Positions 17,079-25,385 of a stretch of DNA of 26,121 nucleotides are shown one piece after another (the stretch's first letter is position 1; each line of letters opens with the position of its first letter). Below the pieces are notes generated by a model. The model had not been told where the DNA came from. It did not search any database and worked only from the letters and a program-made list of their open reading frames with translations. The stretch lies in the NCBI GenBank assembly GCA_046861395.1, contig JBHHUC010000028.1:1-26121 (forward strand). Reading direction: 5' to 3'. Position numbers and translations under genes: made by a program. This DNA comes from Fidelibacterota bacterium (lineage in GTDB: Bacteria > Fidelibacterota > Marinisomatia > Marinisomatales > JABMOV01).

Positions 17079-18152
17079 ATGTATATCGTTGATGGTAAAC
17101 ATTATTCCCAGGGAGAATTACTACGTTTTTCCACCACCCAGATTAAAGCCGGCCAGGAGGAATGGAGTCGCAAGGTTTTTACCTTTATTAGGGAGTGGCT
17201 TTCCAGCACTCCACAAATCAACCTGAAGACGTCGGGAACTACCGGTAAACCATCTGAAATTCAGGTAACAAAAGAGAAGCTCCGTGCCTCGGCCCGTGCT
17301 ACCCGCGATTTTTTTGGCTTAACACCGGAAATGTCTTGTCTCTTATGTTTGTCACCGGACTATATCGCAGGCAAAATGATGATTGTCCGGGCTCTCGAAA
17401 CGAAGATGAATCTCATCCTCACGAAACCTAGGGCCAATCCCCTGACCGGTCTCGCCATACCCATCGATTTTACTGCCATGGTTCCCTACCAGGCTAATAC
17501 GATACTGGCGGAAAACCCGGATTCATTGGCTCTGTTACATTTATTGCTGATTGGTGGATCTGCCATTTCACCTGAATGTGAAGAACAGCTGTCGGCTGTT
17601 CCCTGTGAGGTTTATGAAACATTCGGTATGACGGAAACTTTGACCCATTTTGCTGTACGAAAAATCGGAACCGAACGGGACAGGGTTTTCCACACCTTAC
17701 CCGGGGTGACAGTTGCCGAAACGGATGACCGTTGTCTGATGGTTACTGCTCCCTGGTTTCCCATCTCACCCTTCATAACCCGAGATATAGTAAAGCTATT
17801 ATCACCGCAATCTTTTCAATGGATCGGTCGAAGGGATTATATTATCAATACCGGTGGTGTCAAAGTCAGTCCGGAACACGTTGAAAGAATGATTGCACCC
17901 GGGTTTCGATCTACTTCATTTTTTGTGGCCGGTTTACCGGACGAAAAATTGGGGGAACGGATTGGATTGTTTATTGAGGATCCAGGAGTGAATGATATAG
18001 AGGTTCTGACTGTTACACCGGCGATGAAAAAGGGAATATTTAATTTGTTGACGGATTATGAAATTCCCAAGGAGATTATTACATTAAAGCGTTTTATTCG
18101 AACCGAAAATGGTAAAATAAGGAGACATGAAACTATAAAGTTATTTATTTGA
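17079..18152 (+). CDS. menE: o-succinylbenzoate-CoA ligase (short form)
   Basis: AMP-binding motifs TSGTTGKP, YETFGMTET, TRD, GRRDYIINTGGVK, RTENGKIRR. At 357 aa it is the short type. Follows menC. Confidence 0.88.
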   Translation: MYIVDGKHYSQGELLRFSTTQIKAGQEEWSRKVFTFIREWLSSTPQINLKTSGTTGKPSEIQVTKEKLRASARATRDFFGLTPEMSCLLCLSPDYIAGKMMIVRALETKMNLILTKPRANPLTGLAIPIDFTAMVPYQANTILAENPDSLALLHLLLIGGSAISPECEEQLSAVPCEVYETFGMTETLTHFAVRKIGTERDRVFHTLPGVTVAETDDRCLMVTAPWFPISPFITRDIVKLLSPQSFQWIGRRDYIINTGGVKVSPEHVERMIAPGFRSTSFFVAGLPDEKLGERIGLFIEDPGVNDIEVLTVTPAMKKGIFNLLTDYEIPKEIITLKRFIRTENGKIRRHETIKLFI

Positions 18153-18159
18153 ACGTAGC

Positions 18160-21100
18160 ATGAAAAATCGGTGGTATATACAATGTTTGCTTTTTACATG
18201 CCACTTGTTTTTATGGGGACAGGTCAGGATTGTTACATTTACACCGACATCTATAATTCTCGAATTTTCCCTTGATACCGGATGGGTTGACACTGGCGGT
18301 GAATTTCACAGCGTTCCAACACTCAGTAATGAATTAGACGGTCAGCCGGTACATTCGGATATCCTAATCGATGTACCGTCGGATGCTGAAATCGTCACAT
18401 ATGTTATTCGTGAACAGGAACTGGAAAGGGCTGGAATAAATCCTCCTCCGGCCGACCAATCCAAGGGATTGGAAAATACTCTGGTTATATCGCCAAAACC
18501 CGGATTGGCCGTTTCTCAATTTGCTTGGCTGGAGCAAGGACCGGTTATACGCGGTCATGTCAGCTCCAAAATGAGTATCCATCCCTATGACAATACGGGA
18601 GTAATTCCCAGACTGATTCTAAACGCGACGATTCAGCTGAATTGGGATCAGCCACAGGGCCAGAAACCGCAACTTTTATCAAAAACCAGCTTTTCCAGGA
18701 TCGTGAAAAAGGGCACAGTCCCGACTCGTTACCGGTCAGTGATTCCTGATTATCAGTATTCTGAACATTTATTGTCAATAACTGTGGATACGACCGATTG
18801 GTATCATCTGAGCTATTCCGACCTTGCCGATAGTCTGGATAATATTCATGACATTAATCCCACGACCTTCCAACTCTGGGAAGGGCGACAGGAAAAATTG
18901 CTGTACGTAAGGGGAGAGGATGACAGCTCCTTTAATCCGGGAGATGAAATCATTTTTTCAGGTCATAGACCGTCACCTCCAGTGGGAGTGGGATATCAAT
19001 CAAATTTCTATACGAAAAAGAATGTGTACTGGCTGACCTGGGGCGGTTCACCGGGCCGACGTTATGTTTCAGAAAGTGGCTACCCAGAACAACCCGGAGA
19101 ATTAACACTGCAGCCGAACAATTTTCGTTACACCCTGCATATTGAAAAAAACCAATATTTTTCCCGCCTGGGTTCCATGGGCATTCATACCGAATGGGAT
19201 CAATTTGAGCATTTTTTCATGGATCCGCCTATCTATGCCGGAAATCTGGAATCATTCACTTTTCATGTTCCGGCACCTCGTATCACCGAAACAGCTACTG
19301 CAACTATCAGGCTTGCCCTGCAAGGGATAACTTCCAGCACGCATTCGGTCAAATTTCTCATCAATGATCACCTGATCGGATCAGGGGTATGGAATGATCA
19401 GCAACGTATCATATTGGAAGGAGTCCTTACCCAGGACATTTTGCAGGACGGAGAAAACACACTTATACTCCTGAACGAAGAATTACCCGATGCTTCAAAC
19501 CGTTATGATATGGTATTACTGGACTGGTTTGATCTGGATTATGATCGTCTGTTCGTCGTGGACCGGGGTAAGATCGCGTTTACCCGGGAAACCGATCTGG
19601 ATATAACAACTCAATTTGAAATTTTCGGTTTTTCTTCTCCTGACATCTTGTTATTCAAGGAAGGTCTATCCCGGCTGGATGATTTTCTTGTCACAGCTAT
19701 AAGCAACGGATATACGATCATATTTCAGGACAACACAGGTCCTCCGTCGCCGATATATCATGCGCTGGAAACATCGGATCTGCGCGACGTAACTGGCATC
19801 CGCACCGTGCAGCCGCTCCTGTCCTGGGACGCGATGAATCCGGCGAATTATATCATCATTGCCCCTGACTCTTTCCGGGTGATTTTACAGCCCCTGATTG
19901 ACTTCCACCAGGCAACGTTTGTCGATATTGATTGGATATACCGCGCTTATTCCGGCGGTGTGATTTCCCCACGTGCCGTGAAATCCTTTCTGAAAGATGT
20001 CTGGCAACAATGGTCGCCTTCGCCGGAATACGTCCTGCTTGCAATGCAGGGAAAATGGATGGGCTGGAGCGGGCCTTCCAGTACCGATCAACCGTATCTA
20101 CCTGCCATGCGCATTCAGACCACCGGTTTCGGGGCGGTAAGTTCGGATTACTGGTATACCTTGGTGGAAGGCGATGATCTAAGCCCGGAATTTGCCATTG
20201 GTCGGTTTCCCGCTGCAAATAAATCCGAATTGTCCGTCATGGTGGCAAAGACTATGGCCGCCTTAAATCAACCCCCTCAGCAATGGCATAGCCAGGTCCT
20301 CAATATTGGTGGTTATGAAGCAGCATTTAAGGAACAGTCTGAAATCCTAATCCGGCGGGAGATTGAACAAGGCTTTTTCCCCCTGCGATTATACATCGAC
20401 CGGTATTCGGAAGGCGGTCCGCATTACGGAACCACTGATTCCCTGATTCACTATTTCAATAAAGGGTTGTCGTATGTGAACTTCCTGGGACATGGGGGGG
20501 GTGCAGTCTGGGGTGACCGATCATTATTGCGACTGGAAGATGTGTCCGGGATCGCCAACGGCGACCGCTTGCCGTTTGTAACCAGTATGACATGTTTCAC
20601 CGGTGACGTGACGAATCCCAATGCGCTGAGCCGTCGAATGCTGACAGAGGAAAACGGTTCCCTGGCATGGTTCGGCAGTTCCGGTGTGGGTTGGATAATC
20701 AATGATTTTCTCCTGTTGCAACCGATTCATACCCAATTGTTCGGTTCTTTGCCACTATCTCTGGGGGACATTATCAATCAGGGGAAAATTCAATACCTGG
20801 CAGCTACGACGGAATATCCCAATATTTCCGTTTCACAGGTCTATCAATATAATTTGGCAGGCGATCCGGCCCTTACCCTGTCCCGTCCGGCCCCATTTCC
20901 CGGTATGACGGAACCCCGGGACCCTGAACCTGGCGAAGAGGTGTCACTCACGGGGTTGGTCCATTCGGATTCATTGTCATTACAGTTTTATAATAATGAA
21001 TGCCAAAGTTCTGTCAAATATCCTGAATCCAGTACCGGCTCATTCACTATTCCGGCCGGGACACCACCGGGGAATTATTATCTGACCTGGCGGGGGAAGG

Positions 21101-22749
21101 AAGAGAATGCCTGGTACTCTCGCTCCGATCCGCTTCGGGTCGCTGGAACAGCCATCGAATGGTTGGCGATCCTGCCGGAAACCCCGGATTGGACCGATTC
21201 CATTCAAATCCGTATCAGAGCCCAGGATCGGCAAGGAATTGATTCACTGTGGCTGGTCATGAACGGGATTAAAACCGAATATTTTCGGGCTAATACGGAG
21301 GATGAATATAGCCTAAACCACCCCCTTTCCGGATTGCCGCCCCTATCCATTAATGAGCTGATTGTCCGCTGTAAGGATGGTGCCGGAAACTGGAGCGAAA
21401 GCAGGGGACCGGCATTACGCATCGGTGGACCGCTGCAGGTGTCGGTGGAATCATTGGACATCATTAGTGAAGACAGTATATATATCCGTGCAATAGCCAG
21501 AAATGAGAACAGCGAACAGGGCGATGCAACCCTGGCTTTGTATAAACAGGGAGATACGGGCTGGGAAGAACAGAATTCGGTTCGGGTTACCTTCTCCGGA
21601 CAGAGGAAAATCAGTGAGAAATTTCCGTCGATTCTGGCGCCGGGCCCGCATACGTACCGCATTGTTCTTACGCCGGTAAATCGATTAAACGGAACCCATA
21701 TTGATAGCGTTATCACCACCCTTCAGTCCTCATACTTTTGGTCCACCCCAGAGCTGGGTACGACGACGGACTTTAATTCACATGCGGTTCTCGGGTTGGA
21801 TCAAACTACGCTGGAAATCTTGCCCGGGTCACACGGCCAACCAATCCTTTTCTCTTATTTCCAGACATCCTGCGAGGAAACGTTTCAGAGTGGATTGAGG
21901 CCCGTGTCTTCGGCTACGGTCATTGCTGGTATTAACGGAGCACCGTATAACCTGACCCTGATGCCGGATTCGTCGGCACAGGATTCGGTCATTTTATATT
22001 GCTGGTACCCGGACTATGGCGAATGGCTCCCGTATCATTCTACGGCTGAAACTATTCCTATCCCTATTTCCTCCGGCGAGGATGGAACTTATGCCTTTTT
22101 CACCTGCGATGATCAAAAGAAGCCACGATTGGAGGCGGCCATTAATGGCCAGCGATTCATGTCCGGAATGTATGTATCACGAAATCCCAGGATTCAATTT
22201 ACAGCATTCGATGAAAATGGGATTGACCCACGGCAGGATGAAATTTTCATTACCATTGACGATGTAGAGCAGGATGGCGGAATGATCAGGAATATTACCG
22301 TGAATAACGGACATCTGTCATTTGAATGTATTCCGGACTTGAATGAGTTGAATCAATCCCTGACGGTCATGATTAAGGATGCGGTTGGCAATCAATCGGA
22401 ACCTCTGCGGCTTCAATTTACCGTTTTTCAAAAACTGGATTTAATCGATTATGGTAATTTCCCTAATCCCTTTGTTGACCAGACGCGGTTTGCTTACGAA
22501 TTGACAGAAACGGTCGATGATCTTCAACTCGCTATCTATTCCATCGATGGCCGACTGGTTCAGACCTTTGATGAAGAATCGTCAATGACGGCCTTGGATC
22601 CCCGGGTGGGTGCCTTTCATGAGATTGTGTGGGATGGGAGAGACCGGAATGGGGATTTTGTGGGAAACGGAGTATATTTTTATCGCTTGGTGGCGAAAAA
22701 GGGTGATCAGAAGCTGATTCGCACCGGGAAAGTGGCGAAAGCACGATGA
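18160..22749 (+). CDS. Secreted C25-family (gingipain/PorU-like) cysteine peptidase with C-terminal FlgD-Ig / T9SS-type sorting domain
   Basis: Signal peptide; PorU-like N-terminal half (GEDD.SF.PGD.I.F, YT..NVYWLT, LDWF...Y.R); C25 domain YIIIAP...SDYWY...IGRFP...FLGHGG (His778)...SMTCFTG (Cys812)...YNLAGDP; C-terminal NFPNPF...IYSIDGRLV...WDGRD.NG...NGVYFY...GK. Confidence 0.85.
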   Translation: MKNRWYIQCLLFTCHLFLWGQVRIVTFTPTSIILEFSLDTGWVDTGGEFHSVPTLSNELDGQPVHSDILIDVPSDAEIVTYVIREQELERAGINPPPADQSKGLENTLVISPKPGLAVSQFAWLEQGPVIRGHVSSKMSIHPYDNTGVIPRLILNATIQLNWDQPQGQKPQLLSKTSFSRIVKKGTVPTRYRSVIPDYQYSEHLLSITVDTTDWYHLSYSDLADSLDNIHDINPTTFQLWEGRQEKLLYVRGEDDSSFNPGDEIIFSGHRPSPPVGVGYQSNFYTKKNVYWLTWGGSPGRRYVSESGYPEQPGELTLQPNNFRYTLHIEKNQYFSRLGSMGIHTEWDQFEHFFMDPPIYAGNLESFTFHVPAPRITETATATIRLALQGITSSTHSVKFLINDHLIGSGVWNDQQRIILEGVLTQDILQDGENTLILLNEELPDASNRYDMVLLDWFDLDYDRLFVVDRGKIAFTRETDLDITTQFEIFGFSSPDILLFKEGLSRLDDFLVTAISNGYTIIFQDNTGPPSPIYHALETSDLRDVTGIRTVQPLLSWDAMNPANYIIIAPDSFRVILQPLIDFHQATFVDIDWIYRAYSGGVISPRAVKSFLKDVWQQWSPSPEYVLLAMQGKWMGWSGPSSTDQPYLPAMRIQTTGFGAVSSDYWYTLVEGDDLSPEFAIGRFPAANKSELSVMVAKTMAALNQPPQQWHSQVLNIGGYEAAFKEQSEILIRREIEQGFFPLRLYIDRYSEGGPHYGTTDSLIHYFNKGLSYVNFLGHGGGAVWGDRSLLRLEDVSGIANGDRLPFVTSMTCFTGDVTNPNALSRRMLTEENGSLAWFGSSGVGWIINDFLLLQPIHTQLFGSLPLSLGDIINQGKIQYLAATTEYPNISVSQVYQYNLAGDPALTLSRPAPFPGMTEPRDPEPGEEVSLTGLVHSDSLSLQFYNNECQSSVKYPESSTGSFTIPAGTPPGNYYLTWRGKEENAWYSRSDPLRVAGTAIEWLAILPETPDWTDSIQIRIRAQDRQGIDSLWLVMNGIKTEYFRANTEDEYSLNHPLSGLPPLSINELIVRCKDGAGNWSESRGPALRIGGPLQVSVESLDIISEDSIYIRAIARNENSEQGDATLALYKQGDTGWEEQNSVRVTFSGQRKISEKFPSILAPGPHTYRIVLTPVNRLNGTHIDSVITTLQSSYFWSTPELGTTTDFNSHAVLGLDQTTLEILPGSHGQPILFSYFQTSCEETFQSGLRPVSSATVIAGINGAPYNLTLMPDSSAQDSVILYCWYPDYGEWLPYHSTAETIPIPISSGEDGTYAFFTCDDQKKPRLEAAINGQRFMSGMYVSRNPRIQFTAFDENGIDPRQDEIFITIDDVEQDGGMIRNITVNNGHLSFECIPDLNELNQSLTVMIKDAVGNQSEPLRLQFTVFQKLDLIDYGNFPNPFVDQTRFAYELTETVDDLQLAIYSIDGRLVQTFDEESSMTALDPRVGAFHEIVWDGRDRNGDFVGNGVYFYRLVAKKGDQKLIRTGKVAKAR

Positions 22750-23741
22750 AGCACTGGTTCATCATATTTTGGTTATTCACACTGGTATGGCCGCAAAAAG
22801 GTTATAATGATTCATTTCAATTATTGGGTACGACGACTCGTATGGCAAATCTGGGACAGGCTGTTATCGCCGATTACGGTCAACCGGGAGCCTGGATCGT
22901 AAATCCTGCCGCCACCGCCGGCTTATCCCGGATGCAGATCTATGGTACCTATATGCATCAATTCGGTATGGCGGAATATGGAAGTACCGGCTTGCTGGTT
23001 CCGCAGAATCCTCGCTGGACCTGGGGTGTTTTCGTCCTGGGAGTCTACGTGGATAATCTTTTCCTCCGACCTGATCTCAGGACAGTAAAGGATCTGGAGA
23101 CCAGACGGGATTCGATTCGTGCCCTCGTTGCCCATGGCTTCCGGTCTTTCCATGACTGGGAAATGTCCGGGTCCTTTAATATAGCCCGACGGTATCACTG
23201 GGACTTGGATTTGGGCTGGATGCTGGATAATATTCCCGTGGATATTCCTGTCGGAATCAATTTGCATTTCATGCGAAAAAATCTATATCACTACACTGGA
23301 ATGGGAATCGGAGCCGATGTGGGCGGAATGTTTATTTTTGATTTGGAGGATATTCTTCCGCTGGACGGGCCCGGTCGGATAGCTGTGGGCGTTGCGCTGA
23401 AGCATGTCGTTGGGACGCGAATACTCTGGAATACGCGTCGCCTTGATATTATTCCCCAGCAATTCATTACCGGTTTCAAATATACGCAACCAATATGGAC
23501 TCCGTTTTTAACCCTTCACTTTTATCGTCAAACGAATTGGCAGTACGGGGAACAGGATTATGGTCTGGAAATCGATGCGGGAAAGTTAATATCGATTTAT
23601 GCTGGTTTCCGGATCGGGTACTATCAGGGAGGCCTAGAAATTCGACTGTCAGAATTTGGAATACCGGTTTCTGTGGGCTATGGGTTTTCCAACCATGCGT
23701 TTGGTATGATTCATCGATTTGGGTTCCAATGGCATCGATAA
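22746..23741 (+). CDS. PorV/PorQ-like outer-membrane beta-barrel protein
   Basis: Signal peptide; N-terminal G..TR.ANLGQA......A..VNPA motif of the FadL/PorV family; G.G.DVG.M; alternating aromatic strands ending HRFGFQW. ATGA-coupled to the C25 gene, mirroring porU-porV. Confidence 0.68.
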   Translation: MKHWFIIFWLFTLVWPQKGYNDSFQLLGTTTRMANLGQAVIADYGQPGAWIVNPAATAGLSRMQIYGTYMHQFGMAEYGSTGLLVPQNPRWTWGVFVLGVYVDNLFLRPDLRTVKDLETRRDSIRALVAHGFRSFHDWEMSGSFNIARRYHWDLDLGWMLDNIPVDIPVGINLHFMRKNLYHYTGMGIGADVGGMFIFDLEDILPLDGPGRIAVGVALKHVVGTRILWNTRRLDIIPQQFITGFKYTQPIWTPFLTLHFYRQTNWQYGEQDYGLEIDAGKLISIYAGFRIGYYQGGLEIRLSEFGIPVSVGYGFSNHAFGMIHRFGFQWHR

Positions 23742-24544
23742 TTTCTATTCGTCGCCTCTGTTTGGTTTTCCTGCCGGTCATTTTTATGTTGTCCTGCAGC
23801 GATATTCTGGAAGACCCCATTTCGCCAGACAGACCAAGGTGGGTTGAAAAATCCCTGCCTGAAGCATGGACGGAACAGGGAATCGATGCGGAAGGGGATG
23901 GCATCCGACTGACGTGGCACCCTAATCATGATGTCGATTTGGCCGGGTATCGCATTTATCGTGCTGATACGACCATCGAAACCGGTTTTCATGAACTTGT
24001 AGTGATTGATTTGATTCAATCCTTTGGTGCGGATACCAGTTTTCTCGATGAACTGGTAATGCCGTACATCAGGTATTACTATACTCTGCGTTGTTATGAC
24101 AATGCCGGCAATCTGAGTCCCCCCGCTGACACCCTGTCGTATATGGTACTGGATAAACCGCTCCTGGTGTCTCCCGTGACGGCGACCGTCACCGGTCCTC
24201 TGACGTTTCAATGGCTGGATCGTGCCTCTCATTTTACCTATTCCAATGAATTTGTCATCCGGTTGCAACGTCAGGAAGATGAAGGCTTCATACCGGTGTG
24301 GATTTGCCGATTTGCCAATATCTGGTTTGGGTATGAGAATGAAACACCCATCAATTTTTCTTTCCTTGATCCCACCCAGCCGGGACGCCCGGAAAACATA
24401 ATTTATTGCGACGGGGATACGGCCCGGATCCGGCTGGGAAATTACCGTTGGAAGATAAAATCAATCAGCAGTATCGATAATCAGTCGGGGCGGGATGAAG
24501 CCAGCGGTGAATCGAATTGGGGTTTCTTTGAATGGAATCCGTAA
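23729..24544 (+). CDS. Lipoprotein with a fibronectin type III-like domain (271 aa)
   Basis: Start at ATG 23729 gives MASIISIRRLCLVFLPVIFMLSC, an SPII lipobox. FN3 motifs IRLTW......LAGYRIYR...SFLD......YYY.L..YDNAGNLS, then a second Ig-like segment. The ORF-track start at 23495 lies deep inside the upstream gene. Confidence 0.75.
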   Translation: MASIISIRRLCLVFLPVIFMLSCSDILEDPISPDRPRWVEKSLPEAWTEQGIDAEGDGIRLTWHPNHDVDLAGYRIYRADTTIETGFHELVVIDLIQSFGADTSFLDELVMPYIRYYYTLRCYDNAGNLSPPADTLSYMVLDKPLLVSPVTATVTGPLTFQWLDRASHFTYSNEFVIRLQRQEDEGFIPVWICRFANIWFGYENETPINFSFLDPTQPGRPENIIYCDGDTARIRLGNYRWKIKSISSIDNQSGRDEASGESNWGFFEWNP

Positions 24545-24583
24545 TTAAGTTTTAAAGAATGTATACAGGAAACACGTAAATCT

Positions 24584-25324
24584 ATGGCCACCTGGGCCTA
24601 CACTTTCGCCGCAGTATTGATTGTCAGTCTGATTTCTCTGGCCGGACTCTTTACCATGTCCTTGTCCAAAGAACGGCTGAATAAATTTATCCATTTGATG
24701 GTGAGTCTGGCGGTTGGCAGTCTCCTGGGAGGAGCCTTTTTGCATTTGATTCCGGAAATATTTCACGGTGCACCGGCCGGGTACACTTCCCGCTCATTAC
24801 TGATCCTGGTAGGCATTCTTATCTTTTTTGGGTTGGAAAAATTTGTTCGGTGGCGTCATTGTCATGATGCCGAATGTAATGAACACGCCCATCATTTGGC
24901 ACCGATGAATCTGATCGGGGATGCCTTACACAATTTTATCGATGGATTGCTAATTGCCGCTTCATTCCTGGTAAGTATCGAGGTGGGCATCGCAACGACG
25001 GTGGCCGTGGCCATTCATGAATTGCCTCAGGAAATTGGTGATTTCGGCGTATTGATTCAGGGCGGATACAGTATGAAAAAAGCATTGCTGTATAACTTTC
25101 TCATCAGCCTAACCTCCCTGGTGGGAGCCGGTCTGGTTTTGTTGGTGGGACAAGTGGAAACCAATATTCTCCACGGTTTATTGTCATTGACCGCCGGAGG
25201 TTTCATTTACATTGCCGGCGCCGACCTCATCCCAGAACTTCACCGTACTGATGAACTGGGAAAATCCATTAGCCAGTTCCTCGTGGTTATGGTAGGTATT
25301 GTTATCATGGCCATCCTCCCGTAA
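24584..25324 (+). CDS. ZIP family zinc/metal transporter
   Basis: 8 TMs, G.LLGGAFLHLIPE, His-rich loop HCHDAECNEHAHH, HNFIDG, HELPQEIGDF, AGGFIYIA..DLIPEL. Confidence 0.93.
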   Translation: MATWAYTFAAVLIVSLISLAGLFTMSLSKERLNKFIHLMVSLAVGSLLGGAFLHLIPEIFHGAPAGYTSRSLLILVGILIFFGLEKFVRWRHCHDAECNEHAHHLAPMNLIGDALHNFIDGLLIAASFLVSIEVGIATTVAVAIHELPQEIGDFGVLIQGGYSMKKALLYNFLISLTSLVGAGLVLLVGQVETNILHGLLSLTAGGFIYIAGADLIPELHRTDELGKSISQFLVVMVGIVIMAILP

Positions 25325-25385
25325 CACTGCGATTTCTTGTAATTCACCTGTAACGAACCGCAATCGGTTCTGGCTAAATTAAACC

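Noticed and set aside
23495..23728. Long N-terminal extension of the FN3 lipoprotein overlapping the PorV-like gene
   Set aside because: It is an alternative frame of the barrel gene. The lipoprotein signal peptide begins at 23729.
24527..24583. Possible Bacteroidetes-type promoter (TTTG...TAAGTTTT), Zur box, or 6-codon uORF (MYTGNT, 24559-24579) before the ZIP gene
   Set aside because: Spacing and consensus matches are poor, the palindrome (TGTATACA) is too short, and the uORF has no metal-binding residues. It is not distinguishable from chance.
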